From assembly GCA_015680685.1 (NCBI GenBank), contig MNCI01001153.1, positions 380,590 to 444,589 on the forward strand: 64,000 bases of DNA, given 5' to 3'. Positions 12,811 to 26,744 of the stretch are shown one piece after another. How positions within the stretch are numbered: the stretch's first letter is position 1; every line of letters starts with the position of its first letter. The notes beneath the pieces were generated by a model that had not been told where the DNA came from, did not search any database, and saw only the letters and a program-made list of their open reading frames with translations. The DNA is from Gnetum montanum (taxonomy: Eukaryota > Plantae > Gnetophyta). Both the position numbers and the translations under genes were made by a program.

Positions 12811-14120
12811 AGGCACAACACAATATAATAAATATTAAGATTTTTCTGAAGTTAATAATGTAAATTAAGGACATGTGGATAAGTGTTAAAGGATTTTAGG
12901 GTAATTTAACTAGTTTTGAAGGCATGAATAATTATGATGGTGTGGAATGTATCAATAAGGGCCTCGGGTGGTAAGGGAGAGAAAAAGGAAATGTGATGGT
13001 TCATAAGAATGTTTGAATCAGAGGGATAGTAAGAGGGGAAAGAACATCATTGAAAATATGTTGAGGGTAATAGATGATGTGTGGAACAATGTTATGAGTG
13101 TAGATTACAAAGATTACCCAAGTGGGTCCTCCCCACAGCAGGTTCCAACCTATAATGCCCTTGCATAACCATACTTAAAAGTGTCCGTGGGCACTAGGAG
13201 GGTTAAATGTAATCCACACTGGTTCCACAAAACACACACATGTAAGTATCACTAGAATGAGGTTGAAATTCTATGCTACACTAGACACAAGTTACAATTA
13301 CATGAACAGTGAGATGAGATAGGGTATAGAAAGGATTGTAGAGATTGGAACATGAGGAATTGACTGAGGGCACAATGAATTCTATGTGTAAAGCATGATT
13401 AATATGTCATTAACCTGTCGTTCCAAGATCAGAACCAAGTCCATTCCTCTGATCAGTGACACCGCATTATTTCATCCCATGATGAGCGACTATGAGAGTA
13501 CCACAACAACAAGGCATACAATCAATTGGCATTTTGTTTAAGGGAGGAGTGATTTTTGCTTTGTAGCACTTTCTTCTTCTTCTTTTTTATTACTGAATCC
13601 AAAGAAGTCGACAACCTTCAGGCATGAGTGCAGGTCTTTCCAGTGGAACCCCCTAGAACAACATTGGATTTTTGAATGCCTTTTGATTAATCTTACTCCC
13701 ATTTTATGTTAGATCTTCAAGGATCTTAGTACAAACACATTGCGTGATAACTCTCACAGACATTACCAATGAGAATCTGCAAGTCCCCTTGATGTCACAC
13801 CCTAATTGCTCCCTCTTGGTCCATCCTTCTTCATTCAGGGTACAATGAAGACAAAATTAATTTTAAGTTTTAAGAATGTCAAGAATATCACTGTACTCTC
13901 AAACAGAACCTCTTATTTGTAGAATGGATGAGTGGGTGTAATGGGTTCACTGTCCAAAGAATTGATCACTCGAGACTCGATAACATAGAGCACACCTCAA
14001 CCAATGAGCCACATGAGTGTTTTATTCATAGATGAGATTACTTATAAAAAGATAAAAAGAAAAAAAAACAAAAAGGTAAAATAAAAGATTGTAAAATTTA
14101 AAGAAAATGAAAAATAGATA

Positions 14121-16121
14121 TTAATCTTGTTTCTTATTAGAATGGGGAATTTCTCCCATAACTAAGCAGTTAAGCATGGCGAGGATTAATAAATGAAAGA
14201 TGAGGATCCTTGCATGTTGGAAATATTGAAACTCGGTCACACTTACCCCATCAGGGTTCACACACTTGATTATAGTAAGCATAGTGGGGCAATTTATAAG
14301 ATGTGGTTCTTAGATAAAGAGTTGACCCACTATGATACTTGAGACCGTAAGATGGTATGCAAGGATCGGGATGTCACTCTCCATGGTTGTATTCATTGGG
14401 TCGTATGGTTTTTGGAGTGTTAATTGGTGGCCCTGATAAAGTGACATAAAGCGTTGGGTTCAAAGAAAAGGATGCACCACAATGTTGGACTTGTGCCAAG
14501 TGGGAGAATGTAGTGGCCTTGGAACTGTGTTGTCCCTTCCTACGATCATGTCTAAAGAAGGGATGCCTTCGATGTTGAGGAGGTCTCTCATTGCTGTTAA
14601 TAATAGTAGCATAAGTAACATTCATGGGTTTTTGCTGTGGTGTAGAAACTTCAAGAACAATTGGTGGCAATGTAGAAGGAGGGAAAGGATGAGAATGTTG
14701 AAATTTAGGAGAAGTGTAAGGTTCACAAGGTGGTGGTTGCGTTGAGGACATGGGCTGATAGTACTGAGGAGAATGATAATGCGGCGAGATAGAGTATGTT
14801 GACCTAGTTGGGAAAATAGGATGTTGGACTAAATAAGCATTTGGATTCGAATGGTATGAAGGGTGTCTCCAGTTTAGGAATGGCTTCCCCCATGACTATG
14901 ATTGTTGTCACTATGATCGAACACAGTATCTCTATATGAACTCTGGGTGTAACGTGCTTCCCCAATGCTTGTATAAATGTAACAAGATTGGGCATTGGCC
15001 CTTGGGATGATCATACAGGAAAATGTTACATTCATACGTATGATTGGTAGTTGAGCTCTTATTTTCTTCATCCCTTCTTTTCGATTATCTAATGATATTT
15101 TGTCCTACTTCTCGGGTTGCCAAAACTCTATCTCAAATATTATTAATATATTCCCCACACTTTTTATGCATCCATTCCAACCTCTTATTGATCTTTTCCT
15201 CAATTTCATCTAATGATTGTTGTACTAGCAAAGATGGTTCTTCCTCCTTAAGATATGTTGATTAGCCTTTTTGTGGTTATGGACCTCTATTAAGTTGAGA
15301 CTTTGGTCCCATTGATGTTTTTCAACACTCTCCCATCTAGCCATTTCTCCTTCTTCTTTTGCTACCTACTTAATAAGCTCTTGGAATTGATGGGTTCATA
15401 GTTCATATAGTTGACCTTGGGCATACATCCCTAGGGTTTCTCTTGTTTCATCATGAAGCCCATCAATGATATGGTACATTACCCTTTCCTCAGAGAACTC
15501 ATGGCCTGGGCAGTTGTTTAACAATGCAGAATATCTTTCTAAGGCCATGTCCAAGGGTTCATGTTGTGCTTGTTTCCACCCTTGGATTTGTTTCCTCAAG
15601 GCCGACACTCTTGTGTAGGTTTGATATCTTTCATTAAAGAGTTCTACCATTGTTGGCCAACATCATATTAAATTTTGTTTTAACGATCTATACCATACTT
15701 TTGCTTGGCCAATGAGTGTCATAGGAAATAGCTTAAGTTTTTGCTAACCGTTATCAATGTTGTTCCATGCATAGGCATCATAGAAGGCTTGTAAATGTTG
15801 TTGTGGATCTAATTCATAGCCTCCTAAGAAATTAGGAAAGTTTTTTAAATTGATCCTGGGTAGGCGGCTCTCTTTACAATGCCTACAAGAGATTCAAACA
15901 GCCTCTTATATTTGCATTAGGCTTGTAGTGGCTAGCAGGGGTTCATCATCATTGAGTAACTTATGCTTTCATGTGTTGGGATGATGCTACCTTCGTTTAT
16001 GTTTATAAGAAATCTCCACCTCAGATTGCATACTCCAACCTTCATTGTCATATAATTCATTGATTTTCCAATGAATTGCCTTACTAGATGTGACATTATC
16101 ATAGTCTTGTAGGAGAGGCAT
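14121..16121 (-). pseudogene. gag: gag (retrotransposon gag domain) with Pro/Ser-rich C-terminal extension
   Basis: ATG at 16121; LKLFPMTLIGQAKVWY...MVELFNERY...KQAQHEPLDMALERYSALLNNCPGH is a typical Athila gag. Stops and frameshifts present. Confidence 0.88.
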
Positions 16122-16243
16122 GGTTGTGAGATTGTGTGTGAATTTGTATGTGACTTTTTGTAATTATTTCTTCCTAAAAGATATATTGTTAATTCCTATA
16201 CAGTAACCATGTATGATATAACTAATATAGATAACTAGCACCG

Positions 16244-16262
16244 TCCCCAGCAACAGTGCCAA
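16244..16262 (-). promoter_or_regulatory. primer binding site, tRNA-Asp(GUC) type
   Basis: TTGGCACTGTTGCTGGGGA is a CpG-decayed TGGCGCCGTTGCCGGGGA, complementary to the plant tRNA-Asp 3' end and characteristic of Athila. Confidence 0.9.
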
Positions 16263-17131
16263 TGATGAGTGGCGAGGTACCCCTACACTCAACCATACGA
16301 ATACGAGCGTTTCACGCACGATCTGGTCAAACTCCACAAATGGGCTAATTGTGGTATCTATACAGTTACTCTTAGATCTCAGTTCGTTGTCTTCCCACCT
16401 AGACTAGTATTAGCTTTATCACATATGGTTTAGTCCAAAGTGAGGTGTATGATGTGTTCCTACACTAATGCTACTCCTAGGTATGATGGTGAATAAAATA
16501 AACTAACTAGGAGAGGGAGGGAGTCAGAGAGAATCTAACTAGCCTAATTGCGATGAGCATCCATTCCTTAATCATCCATACACATCTTGACCTCATGCAT
16601 GACTACCACTAGGATTTCCAAGTGCATGGCCTAAGTATGCTATTAGGCTACCAAGTAGTCACACTTGAATGCTCGTGATTAAGTCATACTCATTCCACGT
16701 TACTAGGAGATAAGGGTAAAGAGATATTAAGAAATTAGTAAATAAAAATCAAATAAATAATTAAATAATTAAGCTAAGTGGATGCTGCAATGATGAAGTA
16801 ATCTTGATCTTTATTGCTGGTCATGTGCATGTCCAAGTACGTCACACTCGAATAAGGATGCCATACAATTACAATCACCACATTGTGGGCATGCACTGGG
16901 AGAAAAGAGTTGAGAGGAAAAACTGATGTACTAAAAAAACCTATTAAAAACTTAAACTTAATAACTTGAATCATTTCCTACTAGCTCTGCCTACCTCTTA
17001 TTTATTGATGAGGAGACAAGCTGTAGTATTGTGTACGTGATATCGCATCTAGGCTACGATATTGCGTACGTGATATCGCGTACGTGATATCATGGTTGTG
17101 ATATCGTAATTAACAAATTTATGACTCATCA
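16263..17131 (-). repeat. 5' LTR
   Basis: Direct repeat of 8629-9484, followed on the minus strand by the PBS. Confidence 0.95.
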
Positions 17132-17487
17132 CTTAGTTAGTTAGTTCTTTATGCATTCTATTATGTTGTCTCATTTCTTATTATTATCTTGAAAATGTTG
17201 TAAGCATGTTTTTAGTTTAAGGGGGATGCATGGAATGATACACCTAACATGTTATATAGTTAAATTAGGAAAGTTATTCTTAAAATTTTATAATATTCAT
17301 ACTTGTGAGTTATGCTAGGCTATCAAATTTGAACATGAATGGGATGCCTCCAAAAATTTTAGTATCCTAGCTACTAAATAGGAGAATTTGCTAAAAGTCA
17401 ACTTTGCATAAGTCAATACTTAGTAAGTTTAGAATGATTTCTAATATAGATCATAAATAAAATAAACTAAAAATAAAAATAAAAAAT

Positions 17488-17515
17488 NNNNNNNNNNNNN
17501 NNNNNNNNNNNNNNN
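17488..17515. other. assembly gap (N run)
   Basis: Run of n characters. Confidence 1.
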
Positions 17516-17719
17516 AAGAAAGAAAAGAAAAGACTAATTTTACAAATCAGAATAAGAGTTTCATGGTTGGTTACTTGATATATGACCAATAAAGACCAAT
17601 GATAGAGGTTTCTTCCAAGTACTTTGGTTTCTAGGTGAAAAATATTTTACAAGTTTTCAGTATTTATTATTTCTTTTGCATTATTTTTCCAAGGAATTGG
17701 AAAACTGCTAATTGGATTC

Positions 17720-18800
17720 TATGGTAAGCACCTAAAGTAGTCATATTTCTTAACAAATATTTTTTTTCTTTATATTAAATCATTATTAAGTATCTTTTAG
17801 TTAATTGTTATCATTTATATTTCTATCTCATTAATAATATTTTTGTATATCTTATTTATAGGACCAAAAATTAGGATTAAATGATCTCAAATAAAAAATT
17901 TAACTATACCATCATGTACAAAACATTCAAATTAACTGATATTGATCCCTGTTTTACGTAAAATGGATTTCAGAGATGAAAGTTATGGCTGGATAAATTT
18001 GGCCATGAAGAGCACCCATCAAATCTATCATACAAGAAGAAATGATTTGCACGTACCACTAGCACGTGAAGTTTGAAGGAGAACTACAACATGAATGCCT
18101 TGGAAGTTACCTACCAAGTAGATGAAGAGTCTAGAACCACCTACCTAATAAATAAGAACTTGGGAAGCTCCCTGCTAAGTAGGTGAAGAGTTTGAAGTCA
18201 CCTACGTAGTAGGTGAAAGCTTTTAAGGTCTATTGATGGCCCATGTCTCTCCATTAAATGTATTCATATTTTATATAAATTAAGGTATTGGAATTTATTC
18301 TTCCTAATGGTTGAAGAGGATAGTCTAAGATCTATGTTTTCCTACTGCTCGATTGCTCATTCCCTTAAGATAATTGCCAATTTTTCTCTTTTTTTATTCC
18401 TGTATTATTGTTCTTATTTCATTTGTATGAGTAGAGTTGTGAACCTTTTCTTAACACTAGAGTGAGGTAAGGGGTCTCATCCATGTACATAACTTTTCTC
18501 ATTATCTTTGTATAATTCAATCCTACAAAGTTTATTCAAATATCATTTCATTTTAATGAAAAAGAAGTTGGAGTTCTTGCATATTTTTGCTTTACGTTAG
18601 AAAGCAATCATGTTTTGTGGATGTACCAATTATCGATAGATGATACATACCAATCAAGTGAGAAGTTGGGATGTCAAGGGAAGTGGCAATAAACTCTTGG
18701 ATTCACCATTTCTTCTGGGTACTTGAATCACCTAGGCTTACCTCCATGAGTACGACATTCAAGTGAGTCATGGATGAGGTGTTGAACCAATGACATAATT
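17720..18800 (+). repeat. probable Athila-type LTR of the host element, with CACCTAC/GTAGGTG repeat cluster (18105-18220)
   Basis: Follows the integrase-bearing element's 3' region and starts TGGTAAGCACC. Boundaries are uncertain. Confidence 0.4.
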
Positions 18801-19500
18801 AATCTAAATATAGAAGAGCTCATCACTAATTTTGCCAAGTATTTATAGGCATAAGTATATTTTGGAAAATTTCAATAATAATTATGTAATTTAAATATCA
18901 AGTCACATGCTTTCATAAGAGGGTTTAAATGGTCAAGCAAAGGGTTTAAGTTACTAAGAAAACATTAGAATAAGCTCACATATCCAAGAATGTGTTTCAA
19001 GATAAAATAAGAGAATAGCTAGAATAAACCTCAAATATCTATTTAAAGTGTTGTTTTATCATATTATTACATTATTCCAAAAATATAACATACAGCTATA
19101 AATTAAAATAAAATAAACATAAGTAAAATACTAGCAATGGGCCACTACAACTCTTCCAATCTGTGCACACTTAAAAGCAACAAGAGTTAGTGAGATAATT
19201 AGAAAATAAATCTAAATAAAAGAATAACAATACCAATGTATCACATGTAACCAATGAGTCAAGGGTTCAAACCTTAAGATGTAATAACAAATATCATTTA
19301 GGCCAAGATATCTCAAGCTCTAATCTCAACATGCATAGAAAAGAAGTGGTATTAGAATACAATAGCATACATAACTAATAAATTACACTTTACATTATTA
19401 ACATAATATATATTTAAATATATCCTTATTCTTAAGAACCAATTATAAGAAAATAAAGAGCAAAACAAAGATCCTAGGTTCCAAACACCAGGGTGTTACA

Positions 19501-22500
19501 ATTTCCTTATGCTATTTTTCAAATTTGAATTATTGGTTCCTCTATTTCATTAATGATATAATGTTTGATTTGTAAGAATTTTATTATAACATATTATTAT
19601 TTCTTTCTTACATGTTTTTTTACCTTCTTGTCTCCATCCTAGCGTTTTTGGCATCTTTCTTTATCTAAGGGTCAAAGCAATGAGTTTTGGTGAATTTTGT
19701 TCCTTCATCTTAAGTTATAAAGTTTGTTATGACCTTACATAACCGACCCATGAAATTCTATGTACATTGTGAATTCAAGTCATAATGAATCTAAGGGTTG
19801 TAATAGCTTTAAAAATGCATTTTTCAAAGTAGTTCAATATTAATCAAACTTGATGGTAATGACATTAATGGCAAAAGTATCTAGTTGGGCATTGCAAATG
19901 TGTATGTGATATTGAAGAGCTAGGAAGACAAGTCTTAGGTTTTATTACTAATTCTTGTTAGTTAACATGAATTTGGACTAGGAAATTGATACGGTAATGG
20001 TAGGTTAAGTCATGGTAAGTTAAGTAATGGAGAATTCTATCAATGTAGCGATGTTCTACCTAGTATCATGGAATCAACGAAACCTCATGATTGGAGTCAT
20101 AGCTGATAGTGAGGATCTAGGAATTTGGGATAGCTATAGGATTGATGTTAGCCATAATGCAACCCAAACTGTAAAATTTATTATTTATTCTAGTATAGAT
20201 ACGTGAGATTTCCAAGCAAACAATTATTGATGGTTAGTTTTTAGTTAATATCAACCTTATAGTTATTTCTATATTCAGAGGCAGTAAACTTATGATACTT
20301 CATCTAGAATAATTAGTATATTAAAAATTTATATTAATGTTTATGAGTGACAAGAATGTTTCCAATGTCCAACCATAAGATCTACAAGCATTAAAAGAGA
20401 CCATTTCATAATTCATGAATGGAACTAGCATGGTAATTAGATAGTTAAATGTGGGATTGCATGTCACTATCTTTCTAGTTATATTTATAGTATCCCTTAA
20501 TGTGTATGGTTAAGTTTAGCTAAGGCATATGATCATGATTTTGTTTGGCTTCTAGTAAAACTAATTAAAAATATAGAAATTAACTATAATAAATAATAAA
20601 GTAAATGTTAAACTTGCCTATGACAATGAATGTCTATTCCTAGTTTGTTGTACATATCTTGAAGTTATGTTTTCATTCACAGGATTACTATGTATTATGC
20701 TATTGTACAAACTAAGTAATAGAACTACTAGGCTTACTATGTGAATACATGTTTATAATTAAAACTAGTTGTGCTTATTCCACTGAATTCTATGAAAGGA
20801 AAATGTAAATATCAAACTAATTGCATGGAAAATAAATTACATTAAAAGTAAATTTTATGTTAATTTAAAGTGGTATAATGAATATGAATCAATCTTAATT
20901 TTATTTGTGATCATGTATTGTCTCTAGGTATAATGCCACTCAAATAAGACATCATTCAATTAATTTAAATTTACATTGTAGGTACTTGCTAACTATTACT
21001 AGACAATGAAAACAAACTGAAGAGTTATACTATGCTATGAACCAAATGATTTCTTAAACCTATTAGATGAACCATATTTATAAGCATTTATTATGATTGC
21101 AACATTGTATTCATAATGTTGTATCATTGGCTTAGACGATGATGATATAATGATGAAGCCTTTTGAAATAGCAATTTCACTGAGCATCATACTCCAACAA
21201 CTAACTAAACACTCATCCTTTAGTTATAAAAAATGGGATAGAGTTTTTGGTAAAACTTATAAAAGTGATATAGACTAAATCCAACTTAACTAACAAGACT
21301 TGGGTGCTACATTATATAATTTTATTTGTTTGATTATTATATAAGTTATCATCTTTTTATTTATCCCTCATTAAGTAGCTCCATCCTTAGCTTGACTTGG
21401 AAGGGGCTTGCAGGGTATTACATAATGCTATCAAAGTGAGTTACTTTGACAGTATAGGATATCTGTGATACTTACCTTTTTTTATTTCAAGAGATAAAAA
21501 TGTTAGGTAGGTGTGGATCTAGTTTGGGTAGGGCCCATGATACTTATAACTCTCAAGCATAGCTAAACTAGCCATCATATACCAAAAGAACTAACTCTAG
21601 GGACAACTACATATAGGTTTCCCAATAGGTATTATAGTGCTTATAGCAATATGCCCTAGATGTAATTCTTTCTCTAATTATCAAGAAGATGAAGAGTGAT
21701 AGTGGTGGAGGTCCAATCAGATAACCTATTATTAAGGAGTTAATAAAGTAGTTTTGTAAGTTGGGATCTTTTACATTTATAGGTATTAAGCATCTTACTA
21801 TAGAAACTAAGTGGTTAGAGAAGTTAAAGCCTTTGATTTGATGAGTTGAACTTTAGCATAGTATATCAAATTGGTAGTTTATTAGTTAGCTAATATTGCT
21901 AAATATTGATGGATAATCGAGTAGAACAAGGTCTAGATTGAATATGAGGTATCATCAAATGACTTCTTGATATCATATAATGCTAGACATATTTTCATCT
22001 AATATGTCAAAGCCAAGGAGGTTGAAGTTTATAGATTATATTAGAAAATTTGGTTTATGGTAAAGTATGATGTCAATTTCTCTAAGTTTAGCAACTATGT
22101 TTTGCAGATGCAAATAGATGTCAAGATTAAGATGAACAAGTTTATTAGAGAACTCATGCCTTCATTGAATGATCATATCTTATCTCTTTAATTAATCTCA
22201 TATGATGAGGCTAGAGGTGTAGCTAATGATTCAAAGAGGATATATCAAGAGAACACAACAAGATGTAACAAAAGATAGGAATAGAAGAGAGGAGTACTAT
22301 CTAGAGATAGGCATGGCACCTTCAAGCAAGTACATGAATAAGATAGTGGTAAAGAGTATTACCTAACAAGTGAAACTATACCTCATGCTAGGTACAAATT
22401 TCTACTAGTGTGTTATAAATATGATTCAAGCATATTTAGAGGAATTACTTGAACTATTTCTCTTATGGATAGTTAATACATTGGGCTAGAGATTACTTGA

Positions 22501-24989
22501 AGTAGGTGAATGATAATAGAAAAGGAAAATATCATGAATAGAAACTATCTATTATAGGTGGACATAGAGTATCCACTAGCTAAACCAATGAAGTAGAATA
22601 GAGAGCCTAAGGTTAGGTGTACACTTTAATGGAGAAACCCTTAAATATGTAGCATTACATAGTGACAGAGATAGAAGGTACAATATCTAACCTTCATATA
22701 TCGATATTATTTTATCTTGACTCTATTCATTCATTCATAGAACCTAGCATTAAACATTAGTTAGCTCTTTCATATTATTCTCTATATTTTGGACTATTGA
22801 TGCTCTTTGCTAGAGGCCATGAAACCTAAATTAATTAGATATGTAATGGTATTTTATACAACTAAAGGAAATACAATGAGTTAATGATCTGCATATTATG
22901 GATGTTAGAGAGTATGATATGATCTTAGAAATGAAATGATGATCATAATTTAGTAGTAGTTTTGAGATTATAGATATATGAGGGTGTGTAATTAGAGGTT
23001 AATACCCATCCAAGGTCTATGTGGTTAGATATAAATTCCTCTTATATATTTTGTAGCATGCTTCATAAGGAACATAGCAATTATGTGGCTTTAGTGTACC
23101 ATAAGGATATTGTGAAAATTGATCAAATTTCAATGGTCTAGGAGTTTTTAAATGTGTTTCATACTAAGTTGCTAAGTTTTCCACCTAGGAGAGAGCTTGA
23201 GTTTAAGATTGAGCTTAATCCAAGTATTAAATATATTTTTAAGAATCCACACTAAATGTCTCTAATAGAGCTAGCAAAGTTAAATATCCAAAAATAGGAG
23301 TTGATGGATAGAGTTTTCATTCATCTAAGTTATTTCTCATGGGATGCTCCAATGCTATTTGCTAGGAAGAAGAATGGAAGCTTACAATTTTTGATAGATT
23401 ATAGGTACCTGAACTAGCTAACTATGAAGAATAAGTACTTTTATAATGCATTTATGACTTGTTTAATTAACTTCATAGAGTTCATGTGTTTTCAAAGATA
23501 AATCTCAAGTTAGAATATTATCAAATGTGAGTTCATGAGTAGGATATACCAAAGAATACCTTTAAGATTCATTATGATCATTACAAATTCTTAGTTCTTT
23601 TCCTTGGATTGAAAAATGTACTAGTTTTCTTCATGCACCTTATGAATAGTTTGTTATGATCATTCTTAAATCAGTTTATGATTGTGCTTAAAGATGATAT
23701 TTTGGTATATTCTTCCAATAAGTAGTGACATGCAAACCACTTATAGATAATATTGTAAATTTTGAGAGTATTAACTATATGCTTAGTTTTCCAAATATTT
23801 CTTTTATCATTTAGAGATCTAATTTATAGGACTTATGGTATCTAAACTAGCTATTTCAATGAATCTAGCAAAGATTGCACTGGAACAAGATTAATCTATT
23901 CTATATTTGATTGTAGAGATCTAACATTTTTTGGGGTTAGCAAGTTACTATTGTGTATTTTTCAAGTATTTGTTTTAGAATAGTATCTCCTTTGACTTAA
24001 TTATTAGGGAAGGAGACCAACTTTATATGAATCTTTGCTTTTTAACCAAGCTTTGATGAGCTGAATTGTAGATTAGTCATTGCTCCCATGTTAATAAATC
24101 TCACTCTAGAACACCCATGTAATATGTGCACAAATACCTCTAGTAATGGATTTGGTTATGCACTAATGCAACATGAGTACATAATGGCATAAGCTTCTTG
24201 CCCATTGAGGCCTCATGTAACTCATAATCCAATAAATGATTTGGAGATATGATTTGAAGATTTGGTGGCATTATCTTTATTGAGAGTAAGTGACTATATG
24301 ACTAATCATAAGAGACACTAGTATCTTATGAGCCAGCCATAGTTGAATCTATAATAGTGTAAATAGATGAAGTTGTTAGCTAAATTTAACTTTGCTATGA
24401 AATATAAACATGATAAGAGTAATCAGGTAGTAAATGCATTGAGTCAAGTGACCAATAAACTTTACAATTTTATTATTTAGTGTGATATGCATGACATACT
24501 TTGGGAGTAGTAGCAACAAAATATTTGATGTATAGAGCTACAACATTAGGTTACATTTGGTAGGCTAGTAACAATAGACAATGAGGAGGTGTTATGAAGA
24601 GATGATCAAGTGTCTGTTTGAGTAGCATTGTGATCCTAGACTATGGATGAAATACACATGAGTAGATATCAATTGCATATATGTAGTTATAAGAGGTATC
24701 AAACTTTGAGATGCACATACTAGTAACTCAACATGAAGAAGGATGTAGGTGTGTATGTTTTTTATTGTCTAGTTTGTTAGTAGATGAGGATAGAACATCA
24801 AATTGTTGATGATTGTTTACATTCCCATGAGATTTCCCAGTGGAAGTAAGAAATAGTTAATATGGATTTCATTTTATTAATGAAGTCTACTCATTTCCTT
24901 GCTACTCAATCTACAATTACTATAGAGAATAATGCTCATTTGTATGCTGTATAAATAGTGTGATTGTAAGGAGTACTATAGAAGATTAT
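19501..24989 (+). mobile_element. highly decayed Tekay/Del-like chromovirus (LTR end, PBS, gag, PR, RT, RH, truncated INT)
   Basis: LTR-end-like GGGTATTACA (21422) plus degenerate Met PBS TGCTATCAAAG. PPRRELEFKIEL, WDAPMLF.RKKNGSL, DDILVYS (~23695), TNTSSNGFG, NQVVNALS and INT start. Stops throughout. Confidence 0.85.
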
Positions 24990-26470
24990 TGTAACACCTC
25001 ACTAACCAAGTTTAGGCTAGAAAGGTATTGCTTAATGAAAAAAAATATATAGAAAAATCAAAAATCATTTCTTAATAAAAATGATGAATATAAGAAAATA
25101 TAATAGGCAAAGTAATAGGCATGTATAAAAAAAGTGTAGAGGAGAAAGAGAAACACTAAGAAAAAAGATAAAATTGTTTTAAAAATAGTGATAATAGGCC
25201 CATATGTTCAAAACCTAACCTATTCACTCATAAAAAAATTCATAGCCTTAGTACCCAAGCCAAAAATATCATTAATAAATGCCAAAAAATATAGTGGAAT
25301 ATAAGTACAAAAATTATCATAAAAATTATATAATACAAAAATGCATCACAAGCATTGATCTCTAACATTAGTAAAAGCTACTAAATATTAAGAATGGAAA
25401 AACAACCAACATTGCATAAATAAAGTTTAGATCTAAGTTAGACCTACACCAAAGGTAGACAAATACAAATATAAATATAAATCCTCATAGAAGTTACATA
25501 GTACAAAAATCCCAACGAAACATTAAAAAGAAAATAACTAATAACTAGAAACATAATGATAATGATCTAAAACTAAAATATAATTATTAGCTTCTCCATA
25601 TAATTCCTCCTTATCACAACTAACTGAAGGACCTAAAAGACACACCAATGCGAAGGGAATCAAACCTAAGATTAAGTAGGATAAATAAGCTACAAAATAC
25701 TCCCTTATGGATTTGGTTGGAGGCAACAAATAGTGAGATAGTTATGTACAAAGGGGTAGCTATACCAAAGAGTTAGCATCCAAAAATAAAAGCATGCAAA
25801 GATGATATCAAATAACCAAATAATAATCAAATTGTTATCCAAAAGGCAAATTAAATATTCAATGTAAATAATTGAATTAAAGACTCCACCACCATCCATT
25901 AAGCCCAAACAAAATTCAAATTTAAATAAATGACACTCACTAAATTGAATAATTTCATAAGTACTTAGCTCACTACTAACCTAATTAGCTACATAATCAT
26001 TGCAAAAATAATGATAGTTACTAATCTAATTGACTACATAATTATTCAACTAACTACTGACCTGACAAATCGCATAGTCATTGCAAAGGTTATTAGCATT
26101 ACTATTCCAAAATTTGAATTTGAAGCCAAATGTTCAAATATCAAATATAATGTCCAAAATAATAAATCCAATCCTTAAATGATAAAAATAAATATCCAAA
26201 TAAATTAGTGAAGCCAAAAGGTCTAAGACCAAGAATGTTGTTGCTCGAATAAAGGTAATAAAATGCCAATGAAAGGCCAAAAGTAAAATGTATGTTTTAA
26301 TGATTATTTAAAAAATATAGAAAAATGTCAAAAAGATATTCCAAGCTTCTAGAGGTCCTTCTTACCTAATAAAATAGTAAAAACATCATTGGTTATTATT
26401 TTCAAAATTTCAAGCATTCTAGGAAACTCTAAATGCTATGTTTTTCATCATTTTCTATTGACTAGACATT
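24990..26470 (-). repeat. Tekay-like LTR fragment in reverse orientation, interrupting the INT (may continue 37295-38235)
   Basis: Begins TGTAACACC, is A-rich on the + strand, and has three ~40-bp repeats at 25970-26090. Confidence 0.45.
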
Positions 26471-26744
26471 AAGTGTCATGTCTTCATTCCCAAGGTGTCA
26501 CTTCATAACAAAGATAGTGTCTCTTACTCACAAGTAATGTAATTATTGTAATAATACTTGAAATGAAAATTTATAATTAAAATCCAAAAGGATGCATTGC
26601 AATAGTGGGCATGTCTCTCAAGGTGACCTTTGCGAATTTGACCTAAGGTATTTATACCAAGGCATTAGAGGTTTTATCAGCATGGAGTTGCAAAGCTAGT
26701 AAAGACAAGTGACAAGTGCTAAGTGAAGTGGGACAAGAAGGTAA

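Larger units (their letters stand above)
8629..17131 (-). mobile_element. complete non-autonomous Athila-type LTR retrotransposon (gag + ORF2, no pol)
   Basis: Two LTRs (roughly 90% identical by eye) with TGATGAGT/ACTCATCA ends, 5-bp TSD CTTAG (8624-8628, 17132-17136), PBS and PPT. No protease/RT/INT motifs were found between gag and ORF2. Confidence 0.93.
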
